Part shown: in pieces, positions 9,971 to 19,928 of the stretch
Position numbering within the stretch: the stretch's first letter is position 1
Layout: every line of letters begins with the position of its first letter
Virus record (IMG/VR): IMGVR_UViG_3300034088_000032
Location: 347 to 64,346 of that record
Reading direction: 5' to 3' (one strand)
From: a virus
DNA length: 64,000 bases
Made by a program: the position numbers and the translations under genes
Notes under the pieces: model-generated
The model's database searches: none
What the model was told of the DNA's origin: nothing
What the model saw: only the letters and a program-made list of their open reading frames with translations

Positions 9971-10755
9971 ACCTGCCACCGCAGGTAGGGGGCAGGGTCC
10001 CTGACGAGACCATGGTCGTCTGGGTTCTGGTACCAGTAGTGCTCCTGGAAGACCAGTGCGAGTACCGACGGGCCGCCCGCGTCGAGGAGCTTGCCCCATG
10101 CGCGCCAGTGCGCGCCCTGGTCCTCGGGGAGGTCGGTCGCGGCGTACGCGGCAGCGCCTTGTCGGACCTTCGATATGAACTGGTCCGCAGACCGGATCAT
10201 GAAGTGACGGATCTCGATACCGATGTCGGTGGTGCCGGGCGCTGGGAGGTCGACGCCGTGGTTGCCCTGGTGAATGACCGCCCCTTCCTGGTAGCGGAAC
10301 GCGATTTTCGGTAGTGCGCCTGGGGTACGCGCCCGCCACACCATGGACCGGAACGGGTCGTCGCTCAACTCATCGAGCGACGTGCGGTAGTGATTGGTCA
10401 GGGATGCCGTGCAGGCCGTGACCGTGTCCGGGTATGCGGCGAGCACGTCGCGGAGCCGGCCGCTTGGGTGGTACCACAGTTCGTCGGCGTCGAACGGCAC
10501 GATCCACGTTGCGCCTCTCCTGTGCGCCTGTGCGGCGAGGCGGCTCATTTTGATCGACTGGTAGTACGCCGGGTCGCCGTCGTCGACGATCGTCATCGGA
10601 ATCGTCGACTCCATCGACGCCAGGATCTCGCGGGTTCCGTCCGTCGAACCGTTGTCGAGGACGATGATGTCGTCGACCTCGTCTGCCATGTGTTCGAGGA
10701 CGCCGGTAATGACGTCACGTTCGTTCTTGACCATGGTGATACCGACCGTGCCCAT
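9967..10755 (-). CDS. Glycosyltransferase family 2
   Basis: MVKNE, DNGSTDGT, WIVPFDADE, QGNH. Confidence 0.9.
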   Translation of the reverse strand: MGTVGITMVKNERDVITGVLEHMADEVDDIIVLDNGSTDGTREILASMESTIPMTIVDDGDPAYYQSIKMSRLAAQAHRRGATWIVPFDADELWYHPSGRLRDVLAAYPDTVTACTASLTNHYRTSLDELSDDPFRSMVWRARTPGALPKIAFRYQEGAVIHQGNHGVDLPAPGTTDIGIEIRHFMIRSADQFISKVRQGAAAYAATDLPEDQGAHWRAWGKLLDAGGPSVLALVFQEHYWYQNPDDHGLVRDPAPYLRWQV

Positions 10756-10756
10756 G

Positions 10757-11398
10757 TCAGTGCCTCCTGGCGTTGTAGAGCACCGGGTGTACCAGCGGCC
10801 ACACCGGGGCGAGTGGGGTGTCGAACAGGGCAGGGTACCGGTCTGGTACGCAAGTTGCGACGAGGATGTTCTGCGCATACCAATTTTCGATATGTGGATT
10901 CTCCCAGAACCGGAACCGTAATGCCCCCGAGCAGACGTAGCCGTGGCAGGCGAACGTGTTTTTCCAGTATTCCGGCCACTGCTCGTTTACGTGGCCGTGG
11001 CCGCCCTGTCCCGGAATCGCGGCGCTGAATACCACGGTCGGGGCGAGCCGGCACAGGTCTCCGACGAACGAGTTCGCCCGGTGCGGGGGCAGGTGCTCGG
11101 CGACTTCTAGGGATACCGCGAGGTCGAACGTACCGAGATCGTCGGGGAGCGCCTGGTCGAGGTCGACGCGGCGGAACGGGATGTTCGTCAGTGAGACGTC
11201 GGCGTCCCGGTCGACGCCGAGTACACGGCAGCCGTGCCCTGCGGCGAACTGACGTGCCCACCAGCCTTCGCCGCAGCCAACGTCAACGACCGTGGCGGGG
11301 TGTCCGAGTTCCTCGCAGAGCACGGGTACGACATGCTCGGCCGAGGTGATGATCCCCTGACGGATCACGTCGAAGAATCCTCGAGTATATTCGGCCAT
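10757..11398 (-). CDS. Class I SAM-dependent methyltransferase (glycan-modifying type)
   Basis: VVDVGCGEGWW, FDLAVSLEVAEHL, FSAAIPGQGG.GHVNEQ. Confidence 0.9.
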   Translation of the reverse strand: MAEYTRGFFDVIRQGIITSAEHVVPVLCEELGHPATVVDVGCGEGWWARQFAAGHGCRVLGVDRDADVSLTNIPFRRVDLDQALPDDLGTFDLAVSLEVAEHLPPHRANSFVGDLCRLAPTVVFSAAIPGQGGHGHVNEQWPEYWKNTFACHGYVCSGALRFRFWENPHIENWYAQNILVATCVPDRYPALFDTPLAPVWPLVHPVLYNARRH

Positions 11399-12084
11399 CA
11401 GTATCCCGTTCCGAGTCTGTTGATACCGATGTGCTCGACCATCGGTGGGCAGGCGTGCCCGCCCCAGTAGCCGAATCCGATTTTGTCGCCTTCGATATCC
11501 AGGTGTCCGGCCACTAGCAGCCGGTGAGTGAATCGTCCTTCGCTGCGCTCGCCCTTTGGCCACGGTTTCGTGCACAGCGACCGGTGGAACAGCGACGGGT
11601 TTGTGGTGAAGAACAGCCGGTGCCGCAGGTACGTGTGACCGTTGTGGGAACGCTCCTCGTATGCCTCGGGATGCATCTCGACCACGCCGCCCGCGGCGTG
11701 TTCCGGCGGCGCCCACGGCTGTCGACGCAACGCCATCTGGACCAGTGTCGGATCGTGTTCGAGCACGGACGCCATGGCGACGAGGTCGACGGGGCGCTCG
11801 AATACGAAATCCTGCTCGACATGGAACACCCATCGGCACGATGACCTGGTGGCGAGAGTGGACCAGGCGTGACGCATGGCTCCGCTGAATCCGCGGCGGG
11901 GCCCGTCGCCGAACAAGGTGAAGCCGGGGTAGCGGGTCGACAGGTCAGCACGTTGGACGGGGTCGCCGGTGTCGTCGTGCATCCACATTTCGCGGATCGG
12001 GCCTCGGAGGTTATGGAGACTGGCCATGCAGCGACGAAGATAGTCGTCACGGCCGTCCGTCATGATCAGTAATGCTATTCCCAC
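11398..12084 (-). CDS. Glycosyltransferase (GT2-like)
   Basis: TDGRDDYL, HDD, FHVEQDF, FTTNPSL, VEHIG. Confidence 0.8.
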   Translation of the reverse strand: MGIALLIMTDGRDDYLRRCMASLHNLRGPIREMWMHDDTGDPVQRADLSTRYPGFTLFGDGPRRGFSGAMRHAWSTLATRSSCRWVFHVEQDFVFERPVDLVAMASVLEHDPTLVQMALRRQPWAPPEHAAGGVVEMHPEAYEERSHNGHTYLRHRLFFTTNPSLFHRSLCTKPWPKGERSEGRFTHRLLVAGHLDIEGDKIGFGYWGGHACPPMVEHIGINRLGTGY

Positions 12085-12203
12085 GGGTGCTCCTGCGGCT
12101 GGTCGTCGGTATGGTCAGCGCGATCAGTTCGGTGCGGCCGCGAGGTTCCGGTGGGCGGGCAGGCCGGCCCCGGGATGGTTCGTCACGACGGTTGCCTTTC
12201 TGG

Positions 12204-12815
12204 TCAGGGCATGGGCAGGTTGTAGGCCGCGGCGATGGCACGATGGGCTTCGAGCCGTGCAGCGCCGACGACAGAACGGTTGCGGCTGTTGCGGCGTACG
12301 TGGGCACGGTAGATCGCCCAGGGGATCGCCTCGACGCTCGCCCCTGCCTGCCAGCAGCGGGCCCACATCGCCCAGTCTTCCGACCAGTCGAATGGGTGCC
12401 AGCCACCGACCTCGCGGAGCATGCTGGTCCGCGCGCACGCGCCGATCACCAGCCAGTTGCCGTACGGCAGGCAGTCACCGGTGCAGGCATGCGTATGCCC
12501 GGCGACCTTCGGCACGTACGGCCGTTGTGCCCGCCCACCCGGCATCACGTACCGCACGGCGGGGGCCCGGAGGTCACAGGTGCCGGTGGCCATTGCGGTC
12601 ACGTAGGCAGGTTCGAGTTCGTCGTCGGCGTCGAGGTAGATCACCCATTCGGTCTCGACCTGGTCGAGGACTGCGTTGCGGGCCTGGTCGAGGCTGGTGC
12701 CGTGGTGGTACACGACCGGTACGCCGAGGCCTTCGGCGGAGGGGATGGCGCGACGTTCGGCGAGGACGGTCCAGGCCGGGTCGCCGTAGGTGGCGATGCC
12801 GATGGTCACGTCCAC
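12204..12815 (-). CDS. Glycosyltransferase family 2
   Basis: ARN, WVIYLDADDEL, VGGW, EDWAMW. Confidence 0.88.
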   Translation of the reverse strand: MDVTIGIATYGDPAWTVLAERRAIPSAEGLGVPVVYHHGTSLDQARNAVLDQVETEWVIYLDADDELEPAYVTAMATGTCDLRAPAVRYVMPGGRAQRPYVPKVAGHTHACTGDCLPYGNWLVIGACARTSMLREVGGWHPFDWSEDWAMWARCWQAGASVEAIPWAIYRAHVRRNSRNRSVVGAARLEAHRAIAAAYNLPMP

Positions 12816-13462
12816 AGGTGCCTCCGTCTGCGGTAGATCCTGACGCCCCGAGCCATCCGGGAACGTTGAGCCGCGTACAGAGGGTCGTTTTCGCCTTTGC
12901 CCCAATTCGGGTGAAGGTGCTCGACGATGCTGTCGGTCGCCGCGGTGAAGGCACCGCGGTGCTTCGCGGTCTCGACGAACTCGTCGTCGACGTACTCGTG
13001 CCAGTACATCTCGCACAGCACCCGGTCTGGCTGGTCGATCGTGCCGTACTGGTTGACGTACTCGCGGGTCACGAGCGAGTGGGTCGAATGCTCGCCCTTG
13101 ATGACGCGGGGGCTGCCGAGATCGTTGGTTCCGACGACGCCGGCGGTTCCGTCGAGGTGGGCGACGGCGGCCTCGTACCAGCCCGGGTGGAAGGTCAGGT
13201 CGGATGCTCCGAGGAACAGGAGCGGCTCTCTGGTGTGCCTGTACCCGGTGTTGATCTTTCTGGCGTAGTCGCCGATCGGGTTGTACTGGACCGTGATCCG
13301 TTCGACCTGCGCCCGGTCGATCTCTGCGTGGACGGCGTGATCGTCGGGGCTCACGGCGAACAGCACCCGTGGGTCCGGGGTGGTGCTGTAGATCGATTCG
13401 AGGAGGGGTCTCACGTGGTGGGGCCGCCCGAGCATGGGCACGATGATGACGAGGCTGTTCAA
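12806..13462 (-). CDS. Glycosyltransferase (GT2-like)
   Basis: IIVPMLGRP, KIN.G, FLGASD, H.YVDDE, VEHLHP. Confidence 0.82.
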   Translation of the reverse strand: MNSLVIIVPMLGRPHHVRPLLESIYSTTPDPRVLFAVSPDDHAVHAEIDRAQVERITVQYNPIGDYARKINTGYRHTREPLLFLGASDLTFHPGWYEAAVAHLDGTAGVVGTNDLGSPRVIKGEHSTHSLVTREYVNQYGTIDQPDRVLCEMYWHEYVDDEFVETAKHRGAFTAATDSIVEHLHPNWGKGENDPLYAAQRSRMARGVRIYRRRRHLWT

Positions 13463-13489
13463 GGGCTCTCCCGGTCGGTGGCTGGTCGG

Positions 13490-13687
13490 TCAGTTTTTCG
13501 TGTACGTCGATCCGGGGTGTGTGGCGACGTAGAGTCTCGCGGCGATCTCGCTTGCCTTGATCACCATCGTGCCGTCCGTGGCGGTGATGGTGTAGGTGCC
13601 TGCGGTCGGGCCGGTGGTGGACCCGCCTGTGGTGTCCGCGGTGTCGCCTGACCCGCGGCTGCCGGTTACTCGCCGTCCGCAGCACAT
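13490..13687 (-). CDS. Small MCCG-start protein of the head module
   Basis: MCCGRR... 65 aa, coupled to the protease stop codon. Confidence 0.6.
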   Translation of the reverse strand: MCCGRRVTGSRGSGDTADTTGGSTTGPTAGTYTITATDGTMVIKASEIAARLYVATHPGSTYTKN

Positions 13688-15669
13688 CAGACCGTCACGT
13701 CCTCGATGAGCGGACGGCTCGTGAGGGGTCCGACGAGACGTTCGAGGTCCGCGACGACGGGCCCGGCGAGGGCGGTATTGATCTCCGAGAGCACTTCGGC
13801 GAGGGCGTCGTCGAGCGGGGTGACCGTCAACGAGCATGTCGTGACGGTCACGACGTGCTCGTTGACGGTCGCCGCCGTCGGGTCGACGGGCTGGTTCAGG
13901 TCGGGCGTGGTCGCGGCGGGGAATGTGTCGGCGATGCGGGCCATCACCTTGTCTGCTACCAGACTCGCCCACCGGTCGAGGTCGGGGTCCCCCGCCGCAG
14001 GTTCGCCGCCCGTGGGAGGCACGGGGCAGGCCGCGGTGAGCGACGCCATCCTGCCTGCGACCTGCCGGGCCCGGGGCAGGGGGAATCCGGGCTTCTCGCG
14101 GGCCAGGACCAGGACCTCGACGAGGGACAGACCACCGCCAACGTCGCGCCAGTCTCCGGAGACTTTGCGCCGGCTGAGCGTGCGGAGGTCGTCAACGGTG
14201 GCAGCCGGGTCGACGACACCGTTGATCACGATGGCGTTGTTGTCGGGGTCCTCGAAGGCCTTCACCCATGCGACCGTGGCGAGCTGGTCGTGGTGGGCCA
14301 TCGCCGCGGCGGCCGAGAGGTTGTTGCAGGCGTGGTTGTCGTTGCCGCGGCAGCAGGCGCACCGTGCGTGCTGGCCGTGTCCGACGGTGAGCCGTCCGAC
14401 GTGGTCGTACGTGCCTGGTCGGATCTCGAACAGGTACCTGTTGAAATGCGGGTACCCGGCTTCGTCGATGGGGGCGGTCATGCACACGTCGGTGAAGCCG
14501 CGGTGGCAGACGTCGTGGGTGGCGATGTGCCCGAACACGTGTCCGTCGTCGGTGACGGTGATCGGGGTGACGGCGGTGAGGACCGGCCGCTCGAACCACT
14601 CTGCCGGGTAGGCCGGCGCCGCGGCGGTCAGCGCGGCGTATCGTTCGTCCGCGCTGGGGTGGGCGATCGACGCCTCCCACGGCACGGCGATGGTGTCGTC
14701 GTCGAACTCGGCGGCCATGCGCTGGTACAGGCTCTCGACGACACCACGCATCGCGTCCTGGTCTGCGTCGGGGATCTTCGTCCCTCCCCGGCTGCCTTCG
14801 AGTACCGCGGCGACGGCGAACACCGCGGCGGGGACGATGGTCGGCTCGTCGTTGACGATGTCGACGATGCCGAACCCGTACGCTCCCTGACTCTCCGGGT
14901 CGGCGTCGCTGTCCTGGTAGAGGAATCCGGCCGCGTAGCAGGCGATGTCCATCGCGTCGTCGGCGGTGCAGTGTTCGGCCAGGCGTGCCGCTGCTGCGGC
15001 GCCGTCCCAGGTCGCGTCCCGCGCGGCCAGGGGCATGGATTCCCAGCCCTTCGACCGCACCGCCGCGGTCAGGGCCATTTCCGGGGCGTTCATGAGTTCG
15101 AACGGCCGGCACTGGGCGAACGCCGGGATGGCGACGAGTGTCGCTGCGGCGATCTCGTACTCGGTGAACAGGATCTCGATCCGAAGCTCCTCGCCGGATG
15201 TCTCGGCGGCCCACCACAGTGCTTCGAACGCTTCGTCGGTCAGCGGCTCTTCGCTGCCTTCCTCGACCATGATTGCGGACGCGGCGCCGGCGTCAACGCT
15301 CGGACCGATCACGCCTTTCGACGTGAGGAGCAGTGCCTCGCAGACGTCTTCCGCGAGCCGGGGCAGCCGTTCGGGGTCGGCGTCGTCGAACAGCTCGCCG
15401 GCGCCCCAGGCGCCGACGGTGTCGTCGTCCATGCCCTTGGCCGCATCGGCGGAGATCCAGTCGTTCGCGATCGCGTCGCGAACGGTTGCGATGTTGACCG
15501 TGTCGAACGACCCGACGATGACGGATGCGTCGTGGCCGGTTTCGTCGGTGCGCTGCCACTTCAGCGGCAGCGGGAGTTCTCTGGCGGTGACACCGGTCAC
15601 CTTGAATCTGCGGCCGTCGCCTGTCGAGATGCCGAGCGGGACGAGCAAGCCCCGCCACCTGGTTCCCAT
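13687..15669 (-). CDS. Capsid maturation protease (multi-domain)
   Basis: TGDGR, LPLPLKWQ, GH, GPSVD, AATLV.IPAF; C-terminal GHIA..CH and SGDWR; lies between MuF and capsid. Confidence 0.75.
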   Translation of the reverse strand: MGTRWRGLLVPLGISTGDGRRFKVTGVTARELPLPLKWQRTDETGHDASVIVGSFDTVNIATVRDAIANDWISADAAKGMDDDTVGAWGAGELFDDADPERLPRLAEDVCEALLLTSKGVIGPSVDAGAASAIMVEEGSEEPLTDEAFEALWWAAETSGEELRIEILFTEYEIAAATLVAIPAFAQCRPFELMNAPEMALTAAVRSKGWESMPLAARDATWDGAAAAARLAEHCTADDAMDIACYAAGFLYQDSDADPESQGAYGFGIVDIVNDEPTIVPAAVFAVAAVLEGSRGGTKIPDADQDAMRGVVESLYQRMAAEFDDDTIAVPWEASIAHPSADERYAALTAAAPAYPAEWFERPVLTAVTPITVTDDGHVFGHIATHDVCHRGFTDVCMTAPIDEAGYPHFNRYLFEIRPGTYDHVGRLTVGHGQHARCACCRGNDNHACNNLSAAAAMAHHDQLATVAWVKAFEDPDNNAIVINGVVDPAATVDDLRTLSRRKVSGDWRDVGGGLSLVEVLVLAREKPGFPLPRARQVAGRMASLTAACPVPPTGGEPAAGDPDLDRWASLVADKVMARIADTFPAATTPDLNQPVDPTAATVNEHVVTVTTCSLTVTPLDDALAEVLSEINTALAGPVVADLERLVGPLTSRPLIEDVTV

Positions 15670-15684
15670 CTTGCGGGCCCCTTT

Positions 15685-16509
15685 CTACTTGACCATCTGT
15701 CGGTGGGTGAGGTCGACGTCCTCGCCCGGTTCCATAAGCAGGGTGGTACACCGGCACTGGATGATTTCCCTGCCTGGCCCGAGCGGATCGCCTGGCCGGC
15801 GGAGCATCGAACCGCCGACGCGGAACGACTGTCCGACCGGTACGCGCTGGCCGTCCGCCGCCCGGTGGGTCGGGCGCGTGCGTCGATCGAGGGTGGCCAA
15901 CCACTGCTGCTCGAACGGCTGGTCCAATTCCTCGGCGACGGCCTCGAACGCGTCCGCGCGGCCGGCGTTGAGTGCACCGATGGTCTCCGTACGGGCGATC
16001 ACCGTTGCCCGGTTCGACCACCTTGGGGTGGCGGTGGTGTCGAGGACTTCCTCCACATCGGCGGCGATCTCCGGTATCGAACTGCCTGCGGAGGCACCCC
16101 GTGCGATCGTCGAGGAGATCACGGAGTGGACCTCGTCGGGGACCCGCACGAGCCGGTTGGTCACGCTGGACAGGTGGTCGACGACGGCCGGGCGCTGGTC
16201 GAAGCGGTACCCGCCGCCCAGAAGTTCGCGGTACGCGGTGCTGACGGCGTCGCGGATGGGCCCGTCGACGACCTCCTTGATCGCCGTTGCCCATCGCGGG
16301 TTGTGGGCGTAGATCGCGATCGGGTCGGGCCGGATCGTGTCGAGGACGCCTCTGCGTACGGCGACGATCCATTCGGACAGGGCAGACCAGACCTCAGCTC
16401 GGATGGCCTGTTCTGCCGCAACAATCTCGACCGCGGCGGCCAGGCGCTCGGGCAGCCATGGGTCGACGCCGTCTCCGTCCCATGCGGGGAGCTGCTCCGG
16501 TGTCGTCAT
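15685..16509 (-). CDS. MuF-like minor head protein
   Basis: RATVIARTE, WLATLDRRTRPTH..ADGQ, PGDP, IQCRC. Confidence 0.9.
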   Translation of the reverse strand: MTTPEQLPAWDGDGVDPWLPERLAAAVEIVAAEQAIRAEVWSALSEWIVAVRRGVLDTIRPDPIAIYAHNPRWATAIKEVVDGPIRDAVSTAYRELLGGGYRFDQRPAVVDHLSSVTNRLVRVPDEVHSVISSTIARGASAGSSIPEIAADVEEVLDTTATPRWSNRATVIARTETIGALNAGRADAFEAVAEELDQPFEQQWLATLDRRTRPTHRAADGQRVPVGQSFRVGGSMLRRPGDPLGPGREIIQCRCTTLLMEPGEDVDLTHRQMVK

Positions 16510-16739
16510 GTCGCGACCGCCCCGTCGTCGGTGATGAGCCATACGTCGCCGTCGGCGAAGAGATACCGGGCGTCGTGGATCTGCATCATGAGCCTGGCGT
16601 CGTCGGGGTTGTCCGGGTACAGGATCCCGCCGTCCGGGCAGACCATGGCGTTCCGGTGCAGGGCTGCCACCGTCGGGCAGTCGATTCGGTGCGGCGGTGG
16701 CTGCCCGCACTGGCAGACCATGTCGACCGTGGTACTCAT
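16506..16739 (-). CDS. Small Cys/His-containing hypothetical protein
   Basis: ATGA overlaps on both sides. Confidence 0.55.
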   Translation of the reverse strand: MSTTVDMVCQCGQPPPHRIDCPTVAALHRNAMVCPDGGILYPDNPDDARLMMQIHDARYLFADGDVWLITDDGAVAT

Positions 16740-18688
16740 GCGGCCACGGCCGTGGGGTGTCGCAGGCGTCGGAGGACGTCGGGCGAGGCGAGGAGGTCGG
16801 CGAGTATGCCGTCGTCGTGGGCCATGCCTCGGGTCAGGAGCATGGCTGCGTACTCGGTCAGCAGCTCGGCGAACGCGTCGGGGTCTATGCGGAGCTGGTC
16901 GACGACGCCGTCGTCGAGGTCGGTCCAGGCGCCGGCGAGAAGGGCAGGTACCCGGTCGGCGGGGACCGGCCCGTACCGGGTGTGGAGTTGGTAGCGGGCG
17001 ACGTTCGGGTACCGGTCACGGTCTCGGTGGGGTACCAGTCGGGACCCTGCGAGTTTCAGCGCGGTCCGGATGGCGAGCCGGGCGGTGGCGACCAGGGCCA
17101 GGGATGCGGGGCTGTCTCCCTGGTCTCCGGGTGGGTCGGCACGGTCGGGTTGTGTCGCGGGCGGCCCGTTCTCCTCCGGTGCCGGTGCTGGTGGCAGTTG
17201 GTTGGGCTGGCCGGGTTGGGTGTCGGCGGTGTCGGCGGTGCCGGTGAGGGCTGGGAGTCCGACGAGGGCTCGGATACCGGGGTCTGCGAGGGCAATCTGC
17301 GGGGCGGCGACGAGGATCTTCTCCGCGAGCCGGCGTGCCCGTTCGTCGTCGTCTGGTGCGTCCTCTTCTCCCCACGCGCCCGCGGTCCGTGCTGCCTCGT
17401 CGGAGAGCAGCAAACGGTCGTGGCCGGTGATGGCGTCCGCGGACCGGTTGGGCCGGACAGTGAGTGACGAATAGTCGAACGCGTAGGTGTATGCGTTCGG
17501 GTCACGTCCGAGCGCTTCCAGTGCTGGGGCCAGGTAGCCGATGGTGAGGGCCGCGGCGATGCGCAGCAGGATCGGCTTGATCTGCGTGTTGATCGCATCG
17601 TCCGAGACCGCCCACGCCGACCAATGGTTCGAGGAGCCGAGTCCCATGAGGACTTCGGGGGGTATGTCAAGGGCACGTGCCAGCGATTCGACCGCCTCTT
17701 TACGGAGGGGGAGGATCTGTTCAGACAGCGGCGACCAAAACGTGATATGCCTGATTTTGTCGAGTAGGTCTGCCTGCCCCGAGATGATGATCGGGACCAT
17801 CGCCTCCGCGGTCGACCGGTCCCGTAGGGATGCGGCCATGGCGCGTTGGAGGACGGCCTGGAACCCGGCGTGTCCTGGCGGGTCGTCCTGACCGCGGGGT
17901 AGGTCAAGCCCGTCAGGTAGTGCCAGCAGACCGGCTCCTGCGAGCCGGCTGTCGAGTTCGGCGAACTCCCGCTTCCGAAGTGCCTCGATCTCGCGGAGAT
18001 CGGGGATGGCTGACCTGGTCGGCGAGTCTGGTTCGCTGGTGCGTCGAGGGTGCGGAGTCCAGCACCGGATCAGTAGGTCGGTGCCGTCGCGGTACTGGAA
18101 CACCCCTCCGCCCAGGTGCGGTGGTCGGGCGATGGTGATCCGGTCGCCTTGCCGGCGGATCTCGCCGCCGGTGACCACCCACCAGTAGTCCTCGCCGTCG
18201 AGGCCAGCATCGCTCTCCGCGACGATGTACGCCTCGCCGGGCACGAACAGGTCGATGCCGAGCAGTCGCAGGGCTTCGGCCTTCGAGGCACCGACACCGA
18301 GGGGCCCTGCGGCGAGCGCGGCGAGCTGCTCGTCGTCGGTCACTTCTTTGCCTGCGTCGCCGTCGGGGTTGACCTCGGCGACGTACAGGCGGCAGCTGGA
18401 GATCGAGGATCCCAGCCAGTTGGACACGAACCGCAGGGGTCCGGTGATGTCGTAGAGCCGCCAGGCGTCGGCCTGCCAGGCGCGGTCGCCGAACCTGTAG
18501 TTCTTCCACGCGGCGCCGTCGAGGTTCACGGAACTGACCGCCGCCGTTAGCGCGGTCGACCGCAGGCCGGGGGGTGCCGCGGGTGGTCTGTCGACCGTCG
18601 TCAGTTCGGCAGGCGGCTCTGTCGGGACAGGAGTCTCGGGTGGCGTGTTGACTGCTGCTCTGCGCGTGCGGCGGCCCAGGACCCCCAT
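16736..18688 (-). CDS. Portal protein
   Basis: WQ.DAW..YD, VPGE, W.PHP, SRL.GAG, D.PPE.L.G.G.SNHWSAW. Confidence 0.88.
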   Translation of the reverse strand: MGVLGRRTRRAAVNTPPETPVPTEPPAELTTVDRPPAAPPGLRSTALTAAVSSVNLDGAAWKNYRFGDRAWQADAWRLYDITGPLRFVSNWLGSSISSCRLYVAEVNPDGDAGKEVTDDEQLAALAAGPLGVGASKAEALRLLGIDLFVPGEAYIVAESDAGLDGEDYWWVVTGGEIRRQGDRITIARPPHLGGGVFQYRDGTDLLIRCWTPHPRRTSEPDSPTRSAIPDLREIEALRKREFAELDSRLAGAGLLALPDGLDLPRGQDDPPGHAGFQAVLQRAMAASLRDRSTAEAMVPIIISGQADLLDKIRHITFWSPLSEQILPLRKEAVESLARALDIPPEVLMGLGSSNHWSAWAVSDDAINTQIKPILLRIAAALTIGYLAPALEALGRDPNAYTYAFDYSSLTVRPNRSADAITGHDRLLLSDEAARTAGAWGEEDAPDDDERARRLAEKILVAAPQIALADPGIRALVGLPALTGTADTADTQPGQPNQLPPAPAPEENGPPATQPDRADPPGDQGDSPASLALVATARLAIRTALKLAGSRLVPHRDRDRYPNVARYQLHTRYGPVPADRVPALLAGAWTDLDDGVVDQLRIDPDAFAELLTEYAAMLLTRGMAHDDGILADLLASPDVLRRLRHPTAVAA

Positions 18689-18691
18689 GGC

Positions 18692-19042
18692 TCACTCCCG
18701 TCCGAGGCTGTTGACCATGCCGACGATCTGACTTGCCGCAAGGGCGAGCATCGGGATCGACACGGCGGGGTTGTCGTACCAGTGGTAGACGATCGGCGCG
18801 GTTCCGGCCGCGACCCATACCGATGCGCACCACTGGCAGCCGTCCGCCCGGTCGTCGGCGCCACCGGTGAGATAGACGATCCACCGGTGGGTGCGACGGT
18901 GGGCGTCGAACCTACTGACGAGCTTTTCCCGGGCGGGCCGGGTGATCTCGTCGACGGTGACCAGACCGGTCAGGCGTGCCGCGGCCAGGACGTAGAGCGC
19001 GATGATCAGAACCGGCGGCATGTGGTGATCATAGGCGGTCAT
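18692..19042 (-). CDS. DUF1360-like membrane protein
   Basis: RLT.LVT.DEIT.P.R and CxWCxSVW, hydrophobic. Confidence 0.75.
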   Translation of the reverse strand: MTAYDHHMPPVLIIALYVLAAARLTGLVTVDEITRPAREKLVSRFDAHRRTHRWIVYLTGGADDRADGCQWCASVWVAAGTAPIVYHWYDNPAVSIPMLALAASQIVGMVNSLGRE

Positions 19043-19077
19043 GTGACGTAGTTGTCGTGGTTCTGTGGTAAGGCGCG

Positions 19078-19122
19078 GACGCCAGGACGCCCGGACCGCT
19101 GGTGTCCGGGCGTCCTGGCGTC
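19078..19122. terminator. Long inverted repeat
   Basis: GACGCCAGGACGCCCGGAC...GTCCGGGCGTCCTGGCGTC. Confidence 0.65.
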
Positions 19123-19200
19123 CTCGGCCTTACACCGGTCGCCTCGGCGCGTGCAGGTGCGTCGACCTCATACTCGCGATCATGATACCTGGGTAGTGGC

Positions 19201-19398
19201 TCAGTCGGTGCGGGACGCCTCGATGGCTGCCAGGACCTGGTCGACTGTCCAGCCCTCGACGAGTTTCATCGCGGCGTTCTCGCGGCAGTTGTCGCAGGCG
19301 CGGGCCGCTGTCCGGCCGTCTTGGCTGACCGAGAGGTAGCCGCACACGAGCGGGTCTGCGAGTGCCTGGTCGATGACTGTTGGTAGGTCAACGGCCAC
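19201..19398 (-). CDS. Hypothetical protein with CxxC
   Basis: GGAG RBS; overlaps the upstream gene. Confidence 0.5.
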   Translation of the reverse strand: MAVDLPTVIDQALADPLVCGYLSVSQDGRTAARACDNCRENAAMKLVEGWTVDQVLAAIEASRTD

Positions 19399-19864
19399 GG
19401 TTGATCTCCTCTTGGGCGAGGTCGAGTGCTGCGCGCAGCCACGCGACCGAGCCGTTGCCGTCCCGGTTGAGGGCCACGAACCTGGCGACGATGTCGGTCA
19501 GCAGGTCTGGACCGGCCCGGTCCGCGATGGCCAGCAGTTCCGTGATGAGCGCCGCGGCTCCGTCGGGGCCGAACGCATACCCGACCTGGACCTGCCTGGT
19601 CGTCTGGTTCACCCTGCCACCGAGCGTCATATAGATCATCTGCCCGTTGATTCGGCCGTCGCGGACGCCGTCGACGATGCAGACCGTAGCGTCGCCGAGC
19701 ATGACGCAGTCGGTCATGTCGAGCACCACTGCGCCCGCATCGTGTGGTCCCCCGGGGCCGGTGATGGCACCGCCGAGCGTGCGGGGGTCGGCGTTGCCCG
19801 TGGGTTGGACTTGACGGTACAGATGGTCGAACGGACCTGGTCGACGACGGGGCCTGTTACTCAT
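19388..19864 (-). CDS. Hypothetical protein
   Basis: AGGAG RBS, typical codon usage. Confidence 0.6.
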   Translation of the reverse strand: MSNRPRRRPGPFDHLYRQVQPTGNADPRTLGGAITGPGGPHDAGAVVLDMTDCVMLGDATVCIVDGVRDGRINGQMIYMTLGGRVNQTTRQVQVGYAFGPDGAAALITELLAIADRAGPDLLTDIVARFVALNRDGNGSVAWLRAALDLAQEEINRGR

Positions 19865-19928
19865 AACGATGATCTCCTATACCGGTGGTTGTCGTTTTCG
19901 GCTTCGATTCTGTACCGATGGTATCGCT

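Noticed and set aside
12124-12186. 20-codon ORF with an RBS-like sequence between glycosyltransferases
   Set aside because: Too short to support without conservation data
13855-17247. 1130-aa plus-strand ORF and many other long overlapping ORFs
   Set aside because: Antisense shadows of real minus-strand genes; expected at ~70% GC; no recognisable motifs
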